Source of the DNA: Planctomycetales bacterium
GTDB lineage: Bacteria > Omnitrophota > Gorgyraeia > Zapsychrales > Zapsychraceae
NCBI GenBank assembly: GCA_005239675.1
Contig: SBBO01000041.1
Location: forward strand, 3,187-67,186
Direction of reading: 5' to 3'
DNA length: 64,000 nucleotides
Made by a program: the position numbers and the translations under genes. A model generated the notes under the pieces. It did not search any database, was not told where the DNA came from, and saw only the letters and a program-made list of their open reading frames with translations. This document shows, piece by piece, positions 18,894 through 28,240 of the stretch. Each line of letters opens with the position of its first letter. Position 1 is the first letter of the stretch.

Positions 18894-19267
18894 ATAAAGG
18901 GGTCACCTTTTTTGAGATTCTTCTTACTGTCGTCGTTCTTTCTGTGGGCATGGTGGGCGTATTGCGGGTATATGCCGCATCTTTAAGTATCTTGGAAGTT
19001 GTGGGCGATACTATAAATAGCCTAGTATTGACCCAGGAGAAGATGGCAGATAGCGAACAGACGGCCCTAGAGGAGGGTGGGATCTCAATAGGAACTTCGA
19101 GCGGCCAGTTTAACAAAAGATTGGGGGATTATATCTGGGAGTCTAACGCTACGGCTTCAGCCATCGCAGGGCTTGATGCATTGACATTCACCGTGTATCG
19201 TGCGGGTAGTTCTAGAAGATTTCAGTTGGCGACTTATATCGAAGATAAGAATGATGAATTACCGTAA
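18890..19267 (+). CDS. Minor pseudopilin (GspI-like); start codon unresolved
   Basis: (L/M)NKG|VTFFEILLTVVVLSVGMVGVL is a class-III signal-like N-terminus with E+5. No in-frame ATG/GTG/TTG lies between the gspG stop and this motif. CTG 18890 sits where the Met of a 4-residue leader is expected. Confidence 0.5.
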   Translation: MNKGVTFFEILLTVVVLSVGMVGVLRVYAASLSILEVVGDTINSLVLTQEKMADSEQTALEEGGISIGTSSGQFNKRLGDYIWESNATASAIAGLDALTFTVYRAGSSRRFQLATYIEDKNDELP

Positions 19268-19898
19268 GGGTTTTACACTTATCGAACTTGCGATTGCCGC
19301 GTCCATTTTAAGTATGGTTGCGTTGGCTATTTTGTCGGTTTTTGGGGCAGGTCTGCGCACCTTTGACCGTGTGGCAGTGTTTGGTGGTTCCCAATCAGGA
19401 TTTTTATTATTTTTGCAAAATTTTGAAACGGATATACGCAATGCCTTCGAGCTCCCCGGAGTTCCCTTTACGGGTAACACTCAAAAGATGAGCTTTGCGG
19501 GGATTACCTCTGAGCTCAATGAAGATAATGAGGTTTCTGTCGCATTAGTCAAAAAGTTATATTATTTTGACAATGCCCGCAATACTTTGTTTAATAAAGA
19601 AGAAGGGTACCCTCAGGCGGTATTTCCTTTTGATGTCCCGTCAGAACAGGTTGGGTCGCTCATGGACGTTCGGTTCCAGTATTATGCGTATACGAAGACC
19701 ATAGAAGAGGGAAAAGAAAATATTCAATATGGATGGCAGGACGCGTGGAGCGAAGAAGGCAGTTTGCCTAGAGGGGTCAAGATAGTCTTGACATTTAATA
19801 ATGGCGATCAGGATGTCATCTGGGAGCGGACGGTATTTATCCCGACTGGTGGGGATGTTCCTTTCTTACCAGCAACAGAGGAAGAACAGGAAGGTTAG
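19251..19898 (+). CDS. Minor pseudopilin (GspJ/H-like)
   Basis: MMNYRKG|FTLIELAIAASILSMVALAIL prepilin motif; 215 aa. It overlaps the previous gene by 17 nt. Confidence 0.75.
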   Translation: MMNYRKGFTLIELAIAASILSMVALAILSVFGAGLRTFDRVAVFGGSQSGFLLFLQNFETDIRNAFELPGVPFTGNTQKMSFAGITSELNEDNEVSVALVKKLYYFDNARNTLFNKEEGYPQAVFPFDVPSEQVGSLMDVRFQYYAYTKTIEEGKENIQYGWQDAWSEEGSLPRGVKIVLTFNNGDQDVIWERTVFIPTGGDVPFLPATEEEQEG

Positions 19899-19899
19899 G

Positions 19900-20919
19900 G
19901 TGAGGTCTAGATGTCGCCGGGCGAGTGTTTTGATTGTGGCCCTTTGGTGCCTTTTCTTTTTAAGTGGACTGGCGGTTGCCATCTATGTGCGCATTGCGCC
20001 GCAGGTTAGGTTGGTAGGGCATTTGCGGGACAAGGTCAAAGGCTATTATGCGGCTAAGGCTGGGGTCAGGCAAGCTATGTTCATGATGAACGCAGATGTG
20101 ACGCAAGATTATGATGCCTTAAACGACATCTGGGTCGATAATGAAGAGACGCTCAAGGATATTGAGATAAGTAAAGAGGCCTCTGTTAGTGTGAAATATG
20201 AGTGGACAGATGAGCAGGGAGTACTGCAGACCCGTTATGGTCTTATCGATGAGGAAAGCAAAATTAATATCAACACGGCGTCTCTGGATACCTTTGAGCA
20301 CCTTCTAGAATCCATTGGTCAGGCGACCTCCTCACAGGTGACAGATATTGCCAATGCCATTTTAGATTGGGTGGACGAAGATAGTGACCTGCGCCCGAAC
20401 AGCGCCGAAGAAGGTTATTATGCCGGCCTCAGCCCTAGTTACCCGTGTGCTAATGCCAAGTTCGCCGTGCCTGAGGAATTGCTTTTGGTTAAAGGCATGA
20501 CGTTGGAAATTTTTAATAAGATAAGGCCTTTTATTACCGTTTACGGCTCAGGCAGGGTCAATATCAACACGGCCGGTGAGCATGTCTTGGAAGCGATAGG
20601 TCTTGAACGTGCGCTCATAGATAAAGTGTTCCGGTTTCGCCGGGGCAACGATGGTCAGGAAGGAACCGCTGATGACAATGTATTTCAGGCCATGACATCG
20701 GTCATCGCGTCATTGAACAGCGCCGTTGGATTATCTGAACCAGAGACGCAACAGTTAAACCTATTGATCGCAGCTGAAGTGCTCAGCGTGGGTTCCAATT
20801 ATTTCTACGGTGAGTCATGGGTGCAGTTGCTCTCCAGTGCAGGGGATTCCCACATGCCTCTTAAGGTTGTCTTTATCTTTGACCGAGGAAAGAATATCCG
20901 GTTCTGGAGGGAAGGGTAA
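19900..20919 (+). CDS. gspK: GspK-like minor pseudopilin
   Basis: GTG 19900 follows the preceding stop directly. The hydrophobic N-terminus is ASVLIVALWCLFFLSGLAVAIYV. Two helix-hairpin-helix-like motifs (KININTASLDTFEHLL, RVNINTAGEHVLEAIG) are typical of GspK. Confidence 0.7.
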   Translation: MRSRCRRASVLIVALWCLFFLSGLAVAIYVRIAPQVRLVGHLRDKVKGYYAAKAGVRQAMFMMNADVTQDYDALNDIWVDNEETLKDIEISKEASVSVKYEWTDEQGVLQTRYGLIDEESKININTASLDTFEHLLESIGQATSSQVTDIANAILDWVDEDSDLRPNSAEEGYYAGLSPSYPCANAKFAVPEELLLVKGMTLEIFNKIRPFITVYGSGRVNINTAGEHVLEAIGLERALIDKVFRFRRGNDGQEGTADDNVFQAMTSVIASLNSAVGLSEPETQQLNLLIAAEVLSVGSNYFYGESWVQLLSSAGDSHMPLKVVFIFDRGKNIRFWREG

Positions 20920-20990
20920 TAGTTTTATTCTCGTAGAAGAAATTTTAAAAAGTCTTTGCATGGACATAGAATTGAGATGATGATAAGGGC

Positions 20991-22469
20991 ATGACGAAAC
21001 TCATGATACCACAAGTTGCGCGCAAATCTGTCGTGGTCGTGGAAATCGGCAATGACTGGCTTAAGGTTGTGGGGGGAACCCGAGTCGGCCAGGAAGGAAT
21101 GATCACCAAGGTCAGTTTTCAGAGACTTGTTGACATTAAGGAGCCTGTTGCCGCGGCCCTGGTTAAGGTTTTTAAAGATCTCAAGCTCAATAAAGAGAAG
21201 GTCATCGCCTGCATGCCTCGACATATGGTGACCGTCAGATTCCTGGAATTCCCTGCGACGAACCCAAAGGACATCCAGGATATGGTCTCGTTGCAGATAG
21301 GTAAGCAAACCCCCTATTCTCGCGATGAAATCATTTTTACTTACAAGACGATTGCCACTACCAACACAGGGTACACCAAGGTTATGCTGGTCATTGCCCG
21401 GCGCAATTTGGTCAATGCACGCATTGCGGTCTTGCAAGAGGCCGGTATTGAGATTGAAAAGGTGGCATTAAGTTCGGAGGGGCTGGCCCATTGGTTTTGC
21501 CTGGCTCAGGATAGCGTCCAGGCGGATAACAAGGCAGTCATTTATGTAGACATTGATTCCGGTTATTCTGATTTTACAGTGATTCGCGGTGGAAAATTAG
21601 TTTATACAAGAAATTTCTTGATCGGGGCTAATCACTTGATGGGGCAAGAGATGAGCTGGCAAGATAAGTTCTGTGAGGAGACGATACATTCCATGGGGCT
21701 GTATCTTAACGAAGATCGAGACGTGAAGATCGCGCGGTTATTCTTGGGTGGGACCGCTGCGCACATTCCTTTATCAATTGTTCGGTTGGCCCAAAAGGTC
21801 GAGGTGCCGATTGCCGTGATCGAACCGCTGCATGCTATTCCCCTCCAGAAGGCCTCGCGATTGTTCGAAAAAAATGAGGGGCAACTCATCTCACCGTGCC
21901 CTTTAATAGGGATTGCGCTGGCAGGATCGGACCTTGAATTGGATTTGACCTCTAGCGAACTGCACATTAAGAAAAATATGGAGGAGAGACGTAAACAGAT
22001 CACGACAACGGGGGTCCTTATGCTTTCCATCCTCATGGCGTTGTCAACCCTATTTTTTATCAGCTATTTTTATAAAAACCATTATATGAGCGAATTGAAG
22101 AAAACCATCGCCACGATGGAAAAAGATGCCCTTGAGGTAGAAAGGATGCGCACGGCGATCAATCTGGTTAAGGGCCGGCTGGACGCGCGCAAGAGTTCGA
22201 TTAATATTCTGCAGGAGATCACTCGGTTGACACCGAAAGAAATTTATTTCACCGACATTAAGATTGAGGAAGAAAAACAGACGATCCTTCAGGGGAGGGC
22301 TGCTGCCATGTCGAATGTCTTTGAATTTGTCACGACCCTGGAGGGTTCCCCTTATTTTGAGAGCGTACAAACGACCTACACAACCACAAAAAAGGAAAAA
22401 GATACCGAGCATGCCCGATTCGAGATTATATGCATCCACGAGAAACACGATGATGACTTCGGGTCATAA
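20991..22469 (+). CDS. PilM-PilN fusion (GspL-like assembly protein)
   Basis: The N-terminal ~330 aa are actin-like and PilM-like (VVVEIGNDWLKVV, YVDIDSGYSDFTVIRGGKLVYTRNFLIGANHL). A TM segment (GVLMLSILMALSTLFFISYFY) follows, then a PilN-like periplasmic domain. Confidence 0.75.
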   Translation: MTKLMIPQVARKSVVVVEIGNDWLKVVGGTRVGQEGMITKVSFQRLVDIKEPVAAALVKVFKDLKLNKEKVIACMPRHMVTVRFLEFPATNPKDIQDMVSLQIGKQTPYSRDEIIFTYKTIATTNTGYTKVMLVIARRNLVNARIAVLQEAGIEIEKVALSSEGLAHWFCLAQDSVQADNKAVIYVDIDSGYSDFTVIRGGKLVYTRNFLIGANHLMGQEMSWQDKFCEETIHSMGLYLNEDRDVKIARLFLGGTAAHIPLSIVRLAQKVEVPIAVIEPLHAIPLQKASRLFEKNEGQLISPCPLIGIALAGSDLELDLTSSELHIKKNMEERRKQITTTGVLMLSILMALSTLFFISYFYKNHYMSELKKTIATMEKDALEVERMRTAINLVKGRLDARKSSINILQEITRLTPKEIYFTDIKIEEEKQTILQGRAAAMSNVFEFVTTLEGSPYFESVQTTYTTTKKEKDTEHARFEIICIHEKHDDDFGS

Positions 22470-22490
22470 TGTATCTTGTAAAAAAATGAT

Positions 22491-23033
22491 ATGTTTTGGG
22501 AAAAACTTTCTAAAAAAGAAACAATAGGATTGACTATTGCCTTTGTGATCCTGGCCGTTGCCTTCCTTGACCGGCTCATGATTGGTCCTATCCGGGCGCG
22601 ATTTAGGGCCATCAACCAGCAGATCAAGATTAGCGAAAAGCAGCTAGGTAGTGATATACGCAATCTCAGGCAAAAGAATATCATTAGTGAAGAGTATGAG
22701 AAATTCTTTCCGTTTATCCACCGCAGCGGTTCTGGTTCCGATGAAGAGGAGGTGGCCAAGATCTTGGGTGAAATTGAATCGCTGGCCAGGAAATCTTCAG
22801 TTTATTTAGTAGATATGAAGCCGCGCAGTAAGCCGCAGGCCATGGAGCTGCACAAGCAGTATACGGTGGAGATCGAGGTGGAAGGGCAAATGGAACCCCT
22901 GGTTAACTTTATTTATCAGCTAAACACCTCATCCCAGTTGCTGCGCATCGAGATGTTGCGCATGAATCCTACGAAGAATGACACCAAGACCCTAACTGCC
23001 TCCATGCTGATTACAAGAGTGCTATGGATTTAA
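22491..23033 (+). CDS. PilO/GspM-like assembly protein
   Basis: Size is 180 aa, with an N-terminal TM (IGLTIAFVILAVAFL), a coiled segment and a C-terminal ferredoxin-like pattern (YTVEIEVEGQMEPLVNFIYQLNTSSQLLRIEMLRM). Confidence 0.6.
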   Translation: MFWEKLSKKETIGLTIAFVILAVAFLDRLMIGPIRARFRAINQQIKISEKQLGSDIRNLRQKNIISEEYEKFFPFIHRSGSGSDEEEVAKILGEIESLARKSSVYLVDMKPRSKPQAMELHKQYTVEIEVEGQMEPLVNFIYQLNTSSQLLRIEMLRMNPTKNDTKTLTASMLITRVLWI

Positions 23034-23143
23034 CAAAAATTTAACAAAAATTTTCAATAAGTAATTGTGTGCCTATTCATAGTATGTTATAGTAAGAATT
23101 AATTATATCGTCAGCAATATAAGCTATTGAAATAATAGAAGCC

Positions 23144-24496
23144 ATGACCCCGCCAATTCTTCCTAAGGTCGATTTCTTAAATAAACTTAAGGGAAAAATA
23201 CCTTTCGATAAAATACAGTCAAAGATCATGACATTGGGTGCATTTAGGCAGAGCGTATTTATCTTGATCCCACTATTGGTTGTTAGTCTTGGACTTACGG
23301 GCCTGACCATTCTCGATAAACGGAAAATAGCGCGACAAAAGATTTCTGTTGAAGGCGACCTTAAGACCGCTCGCGCTCGGGAGAAAGAGAGTCTTGCCGA
23401 ACTCAATAGTTTAAAGGGTCAGCTTAATTTAGCCCAGCAAGAGAAGTTACAATTTGAGCAGACTATAGCTGAATTGCAGAAAAGTATTGAAGAAAGGCTT
23501 ACCGAGATCTCCGCCATAACTGTCCAAGGGGAGCGATCAAGGCAGGCGCTCGAAGAGATTGCTAAAGAGCGCGCTGAATTTATCAAGGAACGTGATGCAC
23601 TCGCCAAAGAACGCGACGAGCTGATCATAAAACTCAAGGAAAAACCTGAAGTGGTCTATGAGCAAAGGGTAGGGGTTGAGGGGACGGGTGGAGCGGGGGA
23701 CATTGCCCAGCCTGCCAGGATCGATCAGGCCTCCTTGGAGGCGGAGATTGAAAGACTTAAAGGGGATATCTTGCAGCGTTCCGTAACGATCGATCAATTT
23801 AAAAAGGAGAACAACGCGCTACGTACTGATCTAGAAGCGCTGCGTCGCGACAAAGAAAAGATAGAAGATGATATCGCTGCGAAAGAAGGGATGATTAATA
23901 ATCTTACCCTTGAACTCAGTAAGGTTAAAGACGACCATAGATTCGTGACTCAGAAAGCAGACAAGTTAACTCAGCAGAACATGGCCTTGCATGAACAGAT
24001 CAAGAGATCTTTTGATGCAAAGGCAGCCCTGGAGCGCTCGATTACCCGCACGATGCGTCAGAAAGACGCCATGGAGAATGAATTGAAGGACGCTCGGGCC
24101 ATCGTGCAGAAAAAAGTGGACGAAATATGGAAAATCAAACACAACCTGGACAATTCGTTTCAGCCCATTGAATCCGTCAGGCAGTCTGCCCCAGGCGAGG
24201 TAGAGCTCTCCCCTATTGTTGTCAATCACCATGGTCCGGTTTCAGCTTCCCGAATCGAGACTGACGCAACCGATTTTGGATTTAAGGCCAAGATCCTGAG
24301 TATCAATGAAGGTAATAATTTTGTCGTCCTAGACACGGGTGAGAAGCACGGCCTGCGCGTGGGAGATACGCTAGGTGTTTACCGTGATTCCGAATATATT
24401 GCGCGTCTTCAAATCATCCAGACTAGGCCTAATATCGCCGCGGCTGACCTGAAAGACCAGTGGTCGAAAGTTCAGGTGGGCGATATAGTCCGATGA
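23144..24496 (+). CDS. Membrane-anchored long coiled-coil protein with a small C-terminal beta-barrel-like domain
   Basis: TM VFILIPLLVVSLGLTGLTIL, then ~300 aa of heptad-rich charged sequence. The C-terminus is KAKILSINEGNNFVVLDTGEKHGLRVGDTLGVYRDSEYIARLQIIQTRPNIAAADL...VQVGDIV. Confidence 0.6.
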   Translation: MTPPILPKVDFLNKLKGKIPFDKIQSKIMTLGAFRQSVFILIPLLVVSLGLTGLTILDKRKIARQKISVEGDLKTARAREKESLAELNSLKGQLNLAQQEKLQFEQTIAELQKSIEERLTEISAITVQGERSRQALEEIAKERAEFIKERDALAKERDELIIKLKEKPEVVYEQRVGVEGTGGAGDIAQPARIDQASLEAEIERLKGDILQRSVTIDQFKKENNALRTDLEALRRDKEKIEDDIAAKEGMINNLTLELSKVKDDHRFVTQKADKLTQQNMALHEQIKRSFDAKAALERSITRTMRQKDAMENELKDARAIVQKKVDEIWKIKHNLDNSFQPIESVRQSAPGEVELSPIVVNHHGPVSASRIETDATDFGFKAKILSINEGNNFVVLDTGEKHGLRVGDTLGVYRDSEYIARLQIIQTRPNIAAADLKDQWSKVQVGDIVR

Positions 24497-24527
24497 CCTT
24501 GCCCTGATCGTCTTGACCAATTAGCCC

Positions 24528-25529
24528 ATGAAAAATAAGCCCAGCATTAATGACGTCGCCCAACGGGCGAAAGTCTCCATCACGACCGTTTCTCGGGTTA
24601 TCAATAATGTCCCTACTGTTATCGCCAAGAATCGCATCCGAGTTGAGGAGGCTATTGCCTTTTATAAGTTTAGACCCAATGTGAGCGCCCAGCGTCTGGC
24701 TCGCGGTCAAAATAATTCCATTGGGTTGGTCATGCCGGGGTATCCGGGTATTTTTCATTCCTTCTACGCTGTGGAATTGATCCGTGGGGTGGGACACGCC
24801 TGCGAGATCCTGCACTTGGATATGGTGTTTCACATTACCAATGGTTTAAATCCTATCAACGTTCACAATGTTGGCGGAGTTATCTTTGCCGATGTCATTG
24901 AGAATCGTCGCCAGATTGAGGCAGCGTTGGCAATCGGAGTCCCCTGCATCGTCATCAACCATAAGATGGATGACGTGGACGTGGCGTACATTGCCGTTGA
25001 CAATTTCAATGGTGGTGCCATAGCGGGGGATTATTTGGTCAGTCTTGGTCACCAAAGGATTGCTACGATCACGGGCAATCTGAATACGCAGGCCGGTAAC
25101 CAACGATTGCAAGGCTTTGAGGATTTGCTTAAGAAAAAAGGCCTTCCTCTTCGTAAGGAATATGTTTATGAGGGTGATTATTCACGCCGTTGCGCTCGTT
25201 GTGCGGCTGAGCAATTTTTAAAACTGCCGGAGCCGCCAACAGGAATCTTCGCTGCCAGCGATGAAATGGCTCTGGAGGTAATTGAAGTAATGTTAGAGAG
25301 GGGTCTTAGGGTTCCCGAGGATGTTTCCATTATCGGCTTTGACGACAACCCAGTGTGTTTATTTGGACCGGTCGCGCTCACGACCATCAAGCAGCCACTT
25401 TTTCAGATGGCTGAGAACGCGGTGCGCCATGTCCATGCACTGATTACCGGCAAAGGCGCTGTTAAAAAGAAAACCATATTTGTCCCCGAACTCATTGTCC
25501 GCGAATCCTGTAGTTCGCCAAAGCCATAG
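24528..25529 (+). CDS. LacI-family transcriptional regulator
   Basis: N-terminal [24 protein letters not shown] followed by a periplasmic-binding-protein-like sugar-binding fold; 333 aa. Confidence 0.85.
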   Translation: MKNKPSINDVAQRAKVSITTVSRVINNVPTVIAKNRIRVEEAIAFYKFRPNVSAQRLARGQNNSIGLVMPGYPGIFHSFYAVELIRGVGHACEILHLDMVFHITNGLNPINVHNVGGVIFADVIENRRQIEAALAIGVPCIVINHKMDDVDVAYIAVDNFNGGAIAGDYLVSLGHQRIATITGNLNTQAGNQRLQGFEDLLKKKGLPLRKEYVYEGDYSRRCARCAAEQFLKLPEPPTGIFAASDEMALEVIEVMLERGLRVPEDVSIIGFDDNPVCLFGPVALTTIKQPLFQMAENAVRHVHALITGKGAVKKKTIFVPELIVRESCSSPKP

Positions 25530-25646
25530 GTCTATTCTCTAGTATGATTCTTGCTCTGAGTATTTTTATACACGCACCATTTAGGACAATACGATCGGGT
25601 TTGGCAAGCAATAGATAGTTGAACGGAAAATTCATGGCAGCTGAAT

Positions 25647-26339
25647 ATGTCTAAGGCGAGGATTACAGAAGTCTTTCACTCTATTCAGGGCGAGGGTAAA
25701 TACACCGGTTATGAGCAGGTCTTTGTCCGTTTTTTTGAATGCAACATGCACTGTGTCTGGTGCGACACGCCCCATTCTATTGGCGACACGACACGCCATT
25801 ACAAAGAATACGGTTTGGAGGAATTGATGGCAGAAATCCAAGGGTTGTGGCCTGGTTGTGATTCGGTGAGTCTGACCGGTGGCGAGCCGCTGATGCAGGT
25901 AGATTTTATTCAAATGCTTTTACCTTTGTTAAAACAAGAGAAGATGGCGATCTACTTGGAGACCAATGGCGTCCTCAACCACCGCCTTGAGACTATTATT
26001 GATAATGTGGATATTGTCGCTATGGATTTTAAATTACCTAGTTCTACCGGTTGCCGGCCGTATTGGGAGGAACACGAATCGTTTTTGAAGGTAGCCCGGC
26101 GCAAAGATGTCTTTATCAAAGCTGTTGTTTCAAAAGAGACTTTCCGAGATGATGTCGTCTACGCCGCGCAGTTGATTGCCTCCATTGACCCCAACATCCT
26201 TTTTATTCTACAGCCTAATTATTATGATAAAGACAGTGGTGTCCTTGCGCTGTGTGCCGAGTATCAGGATATTTGTCGGCCTTATCTGACGGATGTACGG
26301 ATAATGAGGCAGATGCACAAGGAATGGAAGATTAGATGA
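25647..26339 (+). CDS. queE: 7-carboxy-7-deazaguanine synthase (radical SAM)
   Basis: ITEVFHSIQGEGKYTGYEQVFVRFFECNMHCVWCDT is the QueE N-terminal signature with the CxxxCxxC cluster. It is translationally coupled to queF. Confidence 0.8.
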   Translation: MSKARITEVFHSIQGEGKYTGYEQVFVRFFECNMHCVWCDTPHSIGDTTRHYKEYGLEELMAEIQGLWPGCDSVSLTGGEPLMQVDFIQMLLPLLKQEKMAIYLETNGVLNHRLETIIDNVDIVAMDFKLPSSTGCRPYWEEHESFLKVARRKDVFIKAVVSKETFRDDVVYAAQLIASIDPNILFILQPNYYDKDSGVLALCAEYQDICRPYLTDVRIMRQMHKEWKIR

Positions 26340-26737
26340 AAAGACAAAAGAGTTCCTATGAAGACCTGCAAAATCATATCCGTGCCTTAAAGACTCCGGT
26401 CATTGAGGTCTGGGAAAATAAGTACCGTGATCGCCATTACACGGTGCATCTCAATATCCCTGAATGCACGTGCATTTGTCCCAAGACGGGACTGCCGGAT
26501 TTCGTGACGATCAATGTTACTTATGGGCCAGACAAGACGTGTGTTGAGTTAAGGTCGTTTAAGATGTACATCATCGCTTTTCGGGAGGTGGGAATTTTCC
26601 ACGAGCATCTCGTTAACAAGATCTTGGATGATTTTATCGTCGCCTGCGCCCCGCGCTGGGCAAAAGTGGAGGGGTTGGTGAGCCCTCGTGGTGGGATTAC
26701 AACGACGGTTGTGGCAGAGTATAAAAAGGGTAAATAG
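26336..26737 (+). CDS. queF: NADPH-dependent 7-cyano-7-deazaguanine reductase (type I)
   Basis: CPKTGLPDF (catalytic Cys motif) and the E(x)nFHE pattern (FREVGIFHEH); 133 aa. Confidence 0.8.
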   Translation: MKRQKSSYEDLQNHIRALKTPVIEVWENKYRDRHYTVHLNIPECTCICPKTGLPDFVTINVTYGPDKTCVELRSFKMYIIAFREVGIFHEHLVNKILDDFIVACAPRWAKVEGLVSPRGGITTTVVAEYKKGK

Positions 26738-26836
26738 TAGATACCACCACACATCACGAGTTATCAATTTTACTTTCTGAGTTTAATGTTAGCGATATCG
26801 TAATATCCACCGACAGCCAGCAGGAGGAGGTTATTT

Positions 26837-27562
26837 ATGGCCCGTAGCGATGGCCGCAGCTTTGATCAATTGCGCGAAATCAAGATCACGACGAATTTTA
26901 TCAAACACCCCGAGGGGTCGTGTCTTATCGAATGCGGCCTGACGCGGATCATCTGCACGGCCAGCGTTGAAGAGGGCGTGCCGTCTTTTTTGAAGGGAAG
27001 CGGTAGCGGTTGGGTCACCGCCGAATACGGAATGCTGCCGCGTTCAACAGACACGCGGATCAATCGGGAGAGGACCCTCTCTTGTGGTCGGACATTGGAA
27101 ATCCAACGACTCATCGGGAGATCGCTACGCAGCGTCATTGATTTAAATCGCATTGGCGAGCGTACGCTTAAGATCGATTGCGATGTGATCGAGGCCGATG
27201 GCGGTACCCGCACCGCCGCGATTACCGGTGGTTTTATCGCCCTGGCCTTGGCGCTCATTAAGATCAAGAAACGCCATATGATTGAGCATGTTCCCTTGCT
27301 TGATTATGTGGCCGCCGTCAGTGTAGGCATTCAGCAGGGGATATGTTTATTAGATTTGAATTATAAGGAAGATTCTTCGGCCGACATGGATATGAATGTT
27401 GTCATGCGCGGCAACGGTACGTTGATCGAGGTCCAGGGTACATCCGAGCGTAAGCCCTTCTCTAGGAAGGAAATGGATCGACTTCTGGACTTAGCAGAGA
27501 AGGGAATTCAGGGATTGATTAAAACACAGAACAAGCATATCGGAAAGTTTATCGGCGATTAG
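26837..27562 (+). CDS. rph: Ribonuclease PH
   Basis: [52 protein letters not shown] and [19 protein letters not shown]. Confidence 0.9.
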   Translation: MARSDGRSFDQLREIKITTNFIKHPEGSCLIECGLTRIICTASVEEGVPSFLKGSGSGWVTAEYGMLPRSTDTRINRERTLSCGRTLEIQRLIGRSLRSVIDLNRIGERTLKIDCDVIEADGGTRTAAITGGFIALALALIKIKKRHMIEHVPLLDYVAAVSVGIQQGICLLDLNYKEDSSADMDMNVVMRGNGTLIEVQGTSERKPFSRKEMDRLLDLAEKGIQGLIKTQNKHIGKFIGD

Positions 27563-27568
27563 TCCACC

Positions 27569-28177
27569 ATGACTGAGCTCGTTGTAGCCACCACCAACCT
27601 CGGTAAGCTAAGGGAAATTAAAGAACTTCTCAAAGATTCTAAAATTAAGATTACATCTTTATTCGACTATCCGGACGCCCCCCGCATTGAGGAAGACGCC
27701 TTGACCTTTGCCCAAAACGCGCTAAAGAAGGCAGCGACGATTGCTTTGTATACAGGGAAATTGACGTTAGGCGAAGATTCGGGTTTAGCGGTCAAAGCCC
27801 TAGGGAATCGACCGGGGATTTATTCATCCCGTTTTAGCGGCATTAACGCAACAGACAAAGAAAATAACGCCAAATTGTTGCGTATGCTACGCGGTGTGCC
27901 TCGTTCCCGACGACAGGCCCGCTATATTTGTTGTGCGGCCCTGGTCGATAGTCATCGGATTGTCGATGTCGCGCGTGGGACATGCCCTGGCCTTATCACG
28001 CCTAGGGCAAAGGGCAGGAATGGATTTGGATACGACCCCTTGTTTTTAGTTCCTCTCTATAATAAAACGTTTGGCGAGTTAGACCCTGCCATTAAGGCGA
28101 AAATTAGTCATCGTGCAAAGGCATTTCGCAAAATTAGGAAAGTACTTGAGGAATATTTAGATTCCCTAGCACAATGA
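27569..28177 (+). CDS. rdgB: dITP/XTP pyrophosphatase (Ham1/RdgB family)
   Basis: VVATTNLGKLREIKELL, EDSGL, GFGYDPLF and SHRAKAF motifs. Confidence 0.85.
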   Translation: MTELVVATTNLGKLREIKELLKDSKIKITSLFDYPDAPRIEEDALTFAQNALKKAATIALYTGKLTLGEDSGLAVKALGNRPGIYSSRFSGINATDKENNAKLLRMLRGVPRSRRQARYICCAALVDSHRIVDVARGTCPGLITPRAKGRNGFGYDPLFLVPLYNKTFGELDPAIKAKISHRAKAFRKIRKVLEEYLDSLAQ

Positions 28178-28240
28178 AGACCTGGCTTCGGATAGCGGCG
28201 GATTTTTCCTCGCTCGTCATACTAAAGACCTTTAGCGTGT

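Noticed and set aside
20925-21437. 170-aa ORF antisense to the start of the PilM-PilN gene
   Set aside because: It is fully overlapped by a frame with clear PilM motifs and has no independent support.
23029-23050. Tandem 11-mer TTTAACAAAAA x2 at the pilO-like stop
   Set aside because: It is real but short, lies in an AT-rich spacer, and probably reflects low-complexity promoter or spacer sequence. There is no evidence of function.
25530-25646. Possible preQ1 riboswitch upstream of queE-queF
   Set aside because: I could not find the short P1 stem followed by the A-rich tail and the conserved C/A loop positions. An Rfam scan would be needed, so no claim is made.
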